From the IMG/VR virus record IMGVR_UViG_3300016263_001470, positions 1-42,367 of that record: DNA of 42,367 nt. One strand, 5' to 3'. How positions within the stretch are numbered: the first letter of the stretch is position 1; the number at the start of each line of letters is the position of its first letter. Source of the stretch: a virus. Taxonomy: Duplodnaviria; Caudoviricetes. Under the pieces are notes generated by a model that had not been told where the DNA came from, made no database searches, and saw only the letters and a program-made list of their open reading frames with translations. Below, in pieces: positions 1 through 7,342 of this stretch. Position numbers and translations under genes: made by a program.

Positions 1-52
1 CCCCACCCTTTTCAGGCCAAAACGCTACGTTGTATGACTTAAAAAATTAAAT

Positions 53-454
53 TTATTTTTCAAACCCAAGCGTGACCCCAAGCCGGCATGCAAACTTCCA
101 AAGCTCCTGGTCGATTTCCCCGCGGCACAAAATGTATTTGACCCCGTAGCGAGCGGCCTCCAGGAGGCATCGCTTGCAGGGCGGGTAAGTCACCACAAGA
201 AGGTGCGGTTCCCCAGGCTTTGCATAGGCAAGCGCGTTGGTCTCCGCGTGTACCATAAAGTCCCGGCGGAAGTCACGATCTGTAGCTTCGTTGAATCCGA
301 GATCAAAACCGGGCGGATATCCGTTATATCCAATCCCACAGACCGAGCCGTCCTCTCTAAGAACTGCTGCGCCGACCCGGACGAATTGGTCGGTGCTGGA
401 CTGGCGGGCTGCTTCGGCGAGTCGGAGTCCAAGGTCAAGCCACTTTGTTTTCAT
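53..454 (-). CDS. dCMP/cytidine deaminase family protein
   Basis: Zn-deaminase motifs HAETNAL and PPCKRC, plus VGAAV...GYNG. Confidence 0.9.
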   Translation of the reverse strand: MKTKWLDLGLRLAEAARQSSTDQFVRVGAAVLREDGSVCGIGYNGYPPGFDLGFNEATDRDFRRDFMVHAETNALAYAKPGEPHLLVVTYPPCKRCLLEAARYGVKYILCRGEIDQELWKFACRLGVTLGFEK

Positions 455-1109
455 TGTTCTGTTTCAGCCACCAAAGGAAATGCTGGATCTCGCCTTTGTA
501 TCCGTAGGTGCCGTGGTGGGTCAGGTTGGTTTTCGTGTCCAGCATGATCTTGAATCCCGCGGCCTTGAGCTTCTCGCAAAACCAGTAGTCCTCCGAAAGG
601 AACTGCCCGTCCTTCAGCCCGGCCTCAAAGACGTTTTTGACGATCCGGTTGTTGGTCTCAAGTTCCGGTTCCTTTTCCGAAACCGCGAGCATGGCCTTTC
701 GGGTCATGCGGAAAAATCCACAACCAACCCTGGAGACCTCGATCAAACCACGGCTGTCCGGGTCTTCCTTCCCGCGGATAAGCTCGACGGTGAAGTGTGT
801 GGTGTTTGGGTTCTTCTTTCGGTAAGTGCCGGCGACAACATCCTCCTTGAACAGGCAAAGGCGCAGAAGGTCGGTGGGCTCCCACTCGATGTCGGCATCA
901 ATCCAGACAAGGTCGTCGACCTCATACTTCAAGGCTTCGTGGAGCACAATGTTTCGCGCCATCTGGATCAGCGAGTGGTTGGCCAAAAGAAGCGGGCGAA
1001 GGTCAATTTTGTTTTCCTGGAAAAACAAAACCGAGCCGGCAAGGGAGTTGGCGTACTCAGCCGTGACCACCCCGCCGTAGCAGGGGGTCCCGATCATGAT
1101 CTTCCTCAT
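435..1109 (-). CDS. Glycosyltransferase (GT-A fold, GT2-like)
   Basis: IMIGTPCYGG, ARN, DxD (WIDADI), VGCGF and SEDYWFC motifs. Confidence 0.75.
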   Translation of the reverse strand: MRKIMIGTPCYGGVVTAEYANSLAGSVLFFQENKIDLRPLLLANHSLIQMARNIVLHEALKYEVDDLVWIDADIEWEPTDLLRLCLFKEDVVAGTYRKKNPNTTHFTVELIRGKEDPDSRGLIEVSRVGCGFFRMTRKAMLAVSEKEPELETNNRIVKNVFEAGLKDGQFLSEDYWFCEKLKAAGFKIMLDTKTNLTHHGTYGYKGEIQHFLWWLKQNNENKVA

Positions 1110-1306
1110 TTGCGTTTCTTTCGCTTCACGGTCTTGCGGGGCAGGTAGTTATTGACCGGCGAACCGTGGGGCGCGGTCTTCCATTTGCCAAAGTTCGAGG
1201 TTGACCCGTAGGTAAACTTCTCCTCGCGGGTAACCGTCGGATACATATCAAACGTCAATTCAAATGCCCAGTTAAATAACCTGAAGGCAAAAGTAAATGC
1301 TCTCAT
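1106..1306 (-). CDS. Hypothetical protein
   Basis: 66 aa ORF with ATGA overlaps on both sides. Confidence 0.55.
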   Translation of the reverse strand: MRAFTFAFRLFNWAFELTFDMYPTVTREEKFTYGSTSNFGKWKTAPHGSPVNNYLPRKTVKRKKRK

Positions 1307-1896
1307 GCTGATTCCTCCGTTATGACTTTGTCAAAACCGGGTTCCTCGGCATGCCAGGTTTCTGTCTGCACCCGCAACCAGCTGGGTTTGCCTTCCGCTT
1401 TGACAAAACTCGATTCTTTCCAGAGAACATTGTTGTTGGGAACACAGACATACCGGCCGTTGGTAAGCGCCATAAAGTTATGGGATTTGGTTTGACTTGG
1501 CTCCAGGGAGTAGGAGTCTTCATAGGGCTCCGCCGTAAACACGTAATGACCCGCAACCCAATGTTGCCGCTTGGCAATCCAAACCTCGACATCGAGCTCT
1601 CGGAGGTAATCATACTGGATGGGTTGAAAGTTGTATCCGAAACAATCCCAGCGCTGGGCATCGCCAATCCCCCATTCAATATCAAAACCCATACGGTCGT
1701 GGCAAAGGGCGTGGAGTGGGAGCCCGCGGTAAACGGCTCCCCCCTTGAGCATAACAGTACAACCCCAGGCGCGGTGCGGAACGGAAAGGAGTCCAAACCA
1801 AACGGCTTCTTCCCACCCCCTTACTTCATTCCCGCTAACGATTGATCGGTCAACCCAGCAATATTGATGCTGGGGCAAGTTTGCTGCGTGTGTCAT
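1303..1896 (-). CDS. Hypothetical phage protein (Trp-rich)
   Basis: 197 aa, coupled to the next gene, promoter-like motif upstream. Confidence 0.7.
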   Translation of the reverse strand: MTHAANLPQHQYCWVDRSIVSGNEVRGWEEAVWFGLLSVPHRAWGCTVMLKGGAVYRGLPLHALCHDRMGFDIEWGIGDAQRWDCFGYNFQPIQYDYLRELDVEVWIAKRQHWVAGHYVFTAEPYEDSYSLEPSQTKSHNFMALTNGRYVCVPNNNVLWKESSFVKAEGKPSWLRVQTETWHAEEPGFDKVITEESA

Positions 1897-1906
1897 GCGT
1901 GCAAAG

Positions 1907-1949
1907 AGTGTCCCAATTCAATTGACCGTTGGCAAGGAAAATTTATACT
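1907..1949. promoter_or_regulatory. Divergent sigma70-type promoters
   Basis: + strand TTGACC(1922)-16-TATACT(1944); - strand TTGCCA(1935)-17-GACACT(1912). Confidence 0.6.
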
Positions 1950-1956
1950 CGGTTGC

Positions 1957-2709
1957 TTGAAGATCCTGGTTTACACGGTATCGGATTTCAGCCCCGGGGC
2001 TGACTCCTGCATCAACATGCTTTTCGAGAATATGCGGTTGGATTCGGATACGGATTTCAAAATCCTGGGGACAAGGCATCCGGGCGGGAAATTCAAACAC
2101 GAGGTCATCATTGCCCCGTTACCCAAAGGTTATCCTGGTCACCTCAAGTCAAGCGAGCTGGTGCCGGCGGGATACGACTACTACGTTTACCTGGACTCCG
2201 ATGTTCTTTGTTTCGGCAACCCGGGGGACCTGATTGATCCGGCCAAGGACTTTTCAATCGTCCATGATGAGCGACCAATGCTTGACCGCTGGTTCGCCTA
2301 TGAGAAAGCCCCGCGTGAGGACAAGGTCAAAATGCAGTCCCTTATGGGCATCAATGCCGGAACCTTCTGTTTCAGGGACCTTGGGTTCCTGGAAACCATA
2401 AGAAACCTGTTATACCCCCTTGGGGCTAATGTTTCGTCGCTTCAAGGGTGGATGATGTTGGAGCAGTCGTCATTCAACTATGCCCTGGCCAAGGCCGTCG
2501 ACTTTGACCTGGCTAGGTGTCACGACCTAACCCCCGTCACCCAGCTTCAAGCCCAAGTGCGTCCGTATGTACAAAGTAAATACCTTTACCACTTTACCGG
2601 GGCCCCCAATACCATGGCTGGGAAGGCTTATGTCATGGGCGAATTCCTCAAAAGGACTCCAGGGTGGGGGTATACCCCCACCCCACAAGTGGCTACCCCC
2701 ACCCCCTAA
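1957..2709 (+). CDS. Glycosyltransferase, GT8-like
   Basis: YVYLDSDVL (DxD), GINAGTF, EQSSFN and YHFTG motifs. Start moved to TTG 1957, 7 nt after the -10 box; the track start at 1864 overlaps the divergent gene. Confidence 0.7.
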   Translation: MKILVYTVSDFSPGADSCINMLFENMRLDSDTDFKILGTRHPGGKFKHEVIIAPLPKGYPGHLKSSELVPAGYDYYVYLDSDVLCFGNPGDLIDPAKDFSIVHDERPMLDRWFAYEKAPREDKVKMQSLMGINAGTFCFRDLGFLETIRNLLYPLGANVSSLQGWMMLEQSSFNYALAKAVDFDLARCHDLTPVTQLQAQVRPYVQSKYLYHFTGAPNTMAGKAYVMGEFLKRTPGWGYTPTPQVATPTP

Positions 2710-2966
2710 GTCAAGGGGTCCTACTTCTGTATCTCTTTTATTTTTAAATATATATAATATATAATAAAGAAGGGGGGTGGGAGGGGTGGGGGTGGGTGGG
2801 GGTAGTTTGACTTCCTCCGCCACAAACGAATGTAAAAATACGCAAAAACGCAACGGCCGCACGGCAACGAAGTTTAAAAACTACCCCCCACCCCCCACCC
2901 CCCAACCCTCGAATCTTTAACCCTCGAATCTATAACTACTTATAAAAGTACAGGTGGGTGGGGGTA
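2662..2966. repeat. Iteron/G-run region with AT-rich core; putative replication origin
   Basis: Five exact GGGTGGGGGTA copies in both orientations, AT tract ~2736-2769, direct repeat AACCCTCGAATCT at 2904 and 2919. Confidence 0.65.
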
Positions 2967-3953
2967 TCAACGACTGGTAATCTCGACAGTTTCGCGTTTA
3001 AAGTGGCCGTTACGGATAAGGTAGGCCGTCACCTTGGTTCCAGGGGAAAGACGTCGTACAGCCCTTATTAGGTCCCTTTGCGTGGCTATCTGGGTGTCTT
3101 CCAGGCTGACAATGATGTCCCCGACCATAAGGCCACAGCTTGTGACCACCTTGGTCACTTCCAATGCTTCGTCGGTAAGGGCCATCCCATGGCTCATCTT
3201 GACGGTCTTGCCAACCACCCCAAGGTAGCCCTTCTGGGCTACGGATCTGGAATCAATGAATTCTCGAATGTCGGCTGCTGGAATCGTATACGTAAACTCA
3301 GGAGCGTTATCCTTGACTGGTAGCTGGCCTACAGGAGCCGTATCCATGTTTCCAAGGACCAGCGCGATGACTTCACCCTTGCCATTGACCAGCGGGCCTC
3401 CGGAGTTGCCCTTGCGGGTCAAGGCATCGGTAAGGAGGTATCGCTCGCCCCGCTTGGTTCCGCTGGCCGACACGATGCCCTTGGAGATCGTCCTGGTAAA
3501 TCCCAAGGGATTGCCGATGGCGTATACTTCGGTGCCCGGCTGGACTGGAAACTCAAGGTTTAGGACCGCGGGGGTAAGTTTGATTTCCGCGTCCAGTTCG
3601 TTTTTGACCTTGAGTAAAGCAATGTCGGCGACCTTGTCGGCAAACAAAACCTCGGCTTCATAAACCACCGTGTCGTCGCCGTCCCCGGTGTGGATGTTGA
3701 TCTGGTCGGCTCCCTCGATGACGTGGGCCGCGGTGATGACACCTTCCTCGATGACCACGCCCGTTCCGCGCAGGCTTTGTTGTTTGTCGACGAAGTAGGC
3801 GTTGATCCGGACGACCGACTGTAGAATCTGGTTACCGGCTAAAAGAGGCGATACCAGACCTTGCGTAACCAGCAGTACGCCGAGAAAAAGGCCGCGGTAA
3901 GGAAGACGCAGATGGCGGCGCCCAAAAGCGCGGCTAGCGAGAAGACCAGGCAT
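2967..3953 (-). CDS. HtrA/DegP-like trypsin serine protease with C-terminal PDZ
   Basis: Triad motifs ITAAHVI, DIALLKV, GNSGGPL; AIGNPLG; PDZ-like GYLGV...GDII; hydrophobic N-terminus (start uncertain). Confidence 0.9.
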   Translation of the reverse strand: MPGLLASRAFGRRHLRLPYRGLFLGVLLVTQGLVSPLLAGNQILQSVVRINAYFVDKQQSLRGTGVVIEEGVITAAHVIEGADQINIHTGDGDDTVVYEAEVLFADKVADIALLKVKNELDAEIKLTPAVLNLEFPVQPGTEVYAIGNPLGFTRTISKGIVSASGTKRGERYLLTDALTRKGNSGGPLVNGKGEVIALVLGNMDTAPVGQLPVKDNAPEFTYTIPAADIREFIDSRSVAQKGYLGVVGKTVKMSHGMALTDEALEVTKVVTSCGLMVGDIIVSLEDTQIATQRDLIRAVRRLSPGTKVTAYLIRNGHFKRETVEITSR

Positions 3954-4178
3954 TCAGCGAGCCCCGTGGGCATCAACAAACTCCTTCAACGCCTTTGTGA
4001 AGGCGTATGCGATCAAAGCCTCCCGGTCGTGCTGGATTTCCATCCAGCCGGCCTGGGCCAGCTTGTGAGCAACGTCGTCGTCCATCTCGACTCGTAGTTC
4101 GACATGGGGGACGTTCTTTTCGGACAGAATGCGTATCTGCCCAAGGGTTTGTTCCTTGTTTACGTTTCTTTTCCCCAT
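3954..4178 (-). CDS. Hypothetical protein
   Basis: Fills the gap in the operon; start uncertain (4178 chosen, track gives 4235). Confidence 0.55.
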   Translation of the reverse strand: MGKRNVNKEQTLGQIRILSEKNVPHVELRVEMDDDVAHKLAQAGWMEIQHDREALIAYAFTKALKEFVDAHGAR

Positions 4179-4387
4179 TTTCCGATGGGGCATTGTTCGT
4201 GTGGTAGCCATTGTTTTCCTTTGCCGCACCCACATTTAAGGCACTTGCCGTAACCGAGTCTAGCATTTTCTTCCCAAAATTCACAACCCCGGCAAATCTC
4301 CATCCGCCTGAGATAAGTCTCGCCCGATACCTTCGGGAACCCGGAGCGGGCCCACTGATGCATGGAGTAGGAGAATTTTCGGATCAT
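4160..4387 (-). CDS. Small Cys-rich protein (CxxC...CxxCGC...CPxxKW)
   Basis: 75 aa from ATG 4387 (ATGA overlap with the oxidase stop); 6 Cys. Confidence 0.75.
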   Translation of the reverse strand: MIRKFSYSMHQWARSGFPKVSGETYLRRMEICRGCEFWEENARLGYGKCLKCGCGKGKQWLPHEQCPIGKWGKET

Positions 4388-4830
4388 GGCTTGAAGATTG
4401 GTTTTCCCAGGTCCTTGTTGACCATGTTGTGGGCGTCGATCGCCCACTTTTCATAGGCTTGCCGGGAGGATAAATCAGGCGGTAATTTTTTGACCACTTC
4501 ACGCCAATGAGAGGAACATTTACCACACGGGATCCAACGGTGGAAAATCTTAAGCCAACGAAGTTCTGTTTTTGCATCCTTGATTTTGTTATGCGTTCTG
4601 TCATGCAATATTTTCCACAGTCTTGGACCCCATTGTGCCGGGTCTTTTCTAAATTTTGCCACTGGATTTGGATCCGAGTATTTTTCAACAAGTTTTCTGG
4701 CCACGTCCTCCCCCATCACAATGTATTTTCCCTGTATTCTTCCGCTGGACATAACCTCTTCAACGTATCCTTCCGGGCGGAAAAACGAGTTTTCCTTTAC
4801 GGCCCGTATTAAAAAACGCACCTCGTTCAC
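4384..4830 (-). CDS. Erv1/Alr family FAD-linked sulfhydryl oxidase
   Basis: WGPRLWKILH...IPCGKCSSHW...WAIDAHNMVNKDLGKP gives the full Erv signature; GTG 4830 overlaps the upstream stop. Confidence 0.88.
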   Translation of the reverse strand: MNEVRFLIRAVKENSFFRPEGYVEEVMSSGRIQGKYIVMGEDVARKLVEKYSDPNPVAKFRKDPAQWGPRLWKILHDRTHNKIKDAKTELRWLKIFHRWIPCGKCSSHWREVVKKLPPDLSSRQAYEKWAIDAHNMVNKDLGKPIFKP

Positions 4831-5225
4831 GGAGCTTCTATCAGGCAACAAGTAAAAGCACAGCTAACGCCGCCTCCCCATGATCCGGCTTCACATTTCA
4901 TTGTGGTTCCTTCGCCCACGTAAGCGGTGAAGGAAAAATTATGGGCCCCGTAGCACGGGCCGGTTCCAGGCTGGTTTGCCGGGGAGAAAAAACTTCCTCC
5001 CTGCCAGGTGATGGTGGCCTGGTCATCCACCGCGCCATTACATTCATAAAGCCCTGTTTTCGGGGCTTCTTCGGATACAGCAGTCAAAAAATCAACACAT
5101 GGTCCACCTTGATCGTCTCCGGGACCGCTTCCAAAAATATCTCCGGAGAAACAATTGCAATCTTCACAGGCTGCGGTGACTGCATCACAATCACATTCAC
5201 AATCTGATTTGATAAAAGCCATCAT
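4827..5225 (-). CDS. Cys-rich protein (13 Cys in 132 aa)
   Basis: DCECDC...CEDCNC...TCC; overlaps both neighbouring genes by 4 nt. Confidence 0.75.
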   Translation of the reverse strand: MMAFIKSDCECDCDAVTAACEDCNCFSGDIFGSGPGDDQGGPCVDFLTAVSEEAPKTGLYECNGAVDDQATITWQGGSFFSPANQPGTGPCYGAHNFSFTAYVGEGTTMKCEAGSWGGGVSCAFTCCLIEAP

Positions 5226-7342
5226 GGATTTACTTCCTCAATAGGAATTTTCCAAGTCACTTTACCATGCAGGGTCACCCGTTCAATACTCTTGGTCGTC
5301 ATTATTTTCGCCAGCCGCTGCCCCATCTTTTCAGGCGTGGCCGCGTAGTGGCGCGTCAGTTTCTCAAGACCAGGATCGTTGAGCATCTGGGTCAGAAGCT
5401 GGGTGGCCGAACCCTTCCAGACAATTTCCTTGGGATTGGACATCTTGAAGCTGATGAGGAACTCATCGAGCAGTTCGGAAAATGCATGGTTGGGGTGCGT
5501 TGTCCTGGTGTCCTCCAGGATATCGGGGTGGTGGTAGCACCTGACTTCAAACCGGCTGGAGCTTTTGAGCTCGTCGGAAATCTCCATGTCGACAAGCCAT
5601 CTGGCAAAAGCCGGAAGCTCGCCGTCCAGGATGCGCTGAAGCTCCTTGGCTGCGGGGAACTTCATCCCGCGGGCCGATGCCTTGAAAAGCATCAGCTTGT
5701 CCAGAATGCTCGCGTCGGTGTAGGGAACCGCCCGCATCGAATCCGGGTCATCGTTGAGTGTGACAAACACCCGGCCGCTCCACTCGATGGTGGACGGATT
5801 TTTCCACATGGCCCGGTAGCGGTGCCGCCGGTTGGCGACAAACTTCTTGACCGTGTTGGAGAAAAGCAGGTGCTTCTCGTGGCTGGTGGACGCAATCGTG
5901 TCGTCGACGTTAAGCACACCGACCTCGAACATCTCGGAGTTAAACTCACTTTCACCGGAGATGTGTCCAGAGGCATCGCAACCTCCGCCTAGCAGGCGGG
6001 AGACAACCTGGGTGCCGAGCAAAGTCTTGCCCACGCCCACCGGACCGGCGATGAAGATCGCCTGGCCCTGCGATTGCTTGCCTGCCCTGGCCGATGTGTA
6101 GAAGTGGTGAAGCCACGCCAGGAAATACTGGAGCGAGTCGGAAGGGTCAAAGAATCCCTCCAAAAACTGCGCCATCCACGGGAAGCCGTCGCCCCACTTG
6201 GAGCATGGTTCCGAGCGTGGCTCTAGCACCCTGACCCGCGAGACGTTAAGGATGTTCTTTCCACCAAGGTGGACGATCTCTTCCTTGTTGAAAAGAATCG
6301 GCCCGGCCTCGTCGACCCGGCGTGTTTCGCGGATGCGGAACATTGTCTGGTCGACCTCGCACTGGCCACCACGTTGCATCGGGGCAAGTGAAAGCCCATA
6401 GATGCTGGCGATGTCTTTCTTGGCAGTGTCAGATTCCGCATCCCGCCACACGCCTGTGCCATCACGACGCCAGTATTTCTTTCCGTCGTAGTAATAGTTG
6501 GACAGCGGTGCGCCCAACCGGTCCTCCTCAAATTCCTTTACCCAACCGGCTCCCAGAATCTCCGACCAAGTGTAAAAACTTTTTTCCTGCGAAAAACTTA
6601 CAATACCGGTGGGCGTAACCACGCAGGAGGTTGGGTTGTCTGATGTGGGAGACCAAAACGCATTGGTTCTGGAGTTGATTTCAAGGCGACCGAGGAGACG
6701 GCCGGGAAACAATTCCTCGACCCTGGCCCTGACCCGATCCATCGGAATTTCCACCGGACCCTCGCCACGATACTTGGAGGCCGAGTCAATCGTTGTGGCA
6801 AGCCAGCTGAAGATCGTTTCCGACCGGATGGGCTTGTCACTGACTTTTGTGACCGGCTCGTACCAGGCATAATACTGCTCCGGACGCAAATAGTTTTCGT
6901 CCAGGCCGGGGAAGATTTTCTTGATGCCGAGTTCCTTGGCCATGCGCTTGATAAACGGCTCAAGTAGTCCGACCGGAATCTGGGCGGGCTCCTCGAACAT
7001 CCAGATCACCCTTGCTCCTCCGCTGGGTGTGCGGTGAGCGTAGTTGGGCTTGTATCCTTTTACCTTGTTGGCCAAGCTCTCGATAAATTCGCTGTCGGTG
7101 ATCTCCGCATCATAGTCGACCACAAACGCATGCATCTTGGCCGGCGGATTGTCCTTGGTTACCCGCATAGATGGCGCACGGCCCTCAAATCCGCTGACGA
7201 ACATCCCGTCAGTCTGCGAGCTTGTTGACCACTTCTTGGCATCCTCAGGCTTGAGGCTTGGTGGTTGGTTGACCTTGCCGCTCCAGGGTGTGCAGGGACT
7301 GGCAACCGACGACGATAAATTTGGGATACGGTAGAGCGTCAT
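5222..7342 (-). CDS. Primase-helicase (AEP-like N-terminus, SF3/DUF5906-like NTPase)
   Basis: VVDYD and RTPSGGAR primase-like motifs; Walker A GPVGVGKT, FNSE, LNVDD. Confidence 0.8.
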   Translation of the reverse strand: MTLYRIPNLSSSVASPCTPWSGKVNQPPSLKPEDAKKWSTSSQTDGMFVSGFEGRAPSMRVTKDNPPAKMHAFVVDYDAEITDSEFIESLANKVKGYKPNYAHRTPSGGARVIWMFEEPAQIPVGLLEPFIKRMAKELGIKKIFPGLDENYLRPEQYYAWYEPVTKVSDKPIRSETIFSWLATTIDSASKYRGEGPVEIPMDRVRARVEELFPGRLLGRLEINSRTNAFWSPTSDNPTSCVVTPTGIVSFSQEKSFYTWSEILGAGWVKEFEEDRLGAPLSNYYYDGKKYWRRDGTGVWRDAESDTAKKDIASIYGLSLAPMQRGGQCEVDQTMFRIRETRRVDEAGPILFNKEEIVHLGGKNILNVSRVRVLEPRSEPCSKWGDGFPWMAQFLEGFFDPSDSLQYFLAWLHHFYTSARAGKQSQGQAIFIAGPVGVGKTLLGTQVVSRLLGGGCDASGHISGESEFNSEMFEVGVLNVDDTIASTSHEKHLLFSNTVKKFVANRRHRYRAMWKNPSTIEWSGRVFVTLNDDPDSMRAVPYTDASILDKLMLFKASARGMKFPAAKELQRILDGELPAFARWLVDMEISDELKSSSRFEVRCYHHPDILEDTRTTHPNHAFSELLDEFLISFKMSNPKEIVWKGSATQLLTQMLNDPGLEKLTRHYAATPEKMGQRLAKIMTTKSIERVTLHGKVTWKIPIEEVNP

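Noticed and set aside
237-1148. 303 aa + strand ORF
   Set aside because: Antisense to the deaminase and glycosyltransferase, which have clear motifs
2527-2862. Pro-rich ORFs across the G/C-run region
   Set aside because: By-products of low-complexity repeats
5267-5992. 241 aa + strand ORF
   Set aside because: Antisense shadow of the primase-helicase
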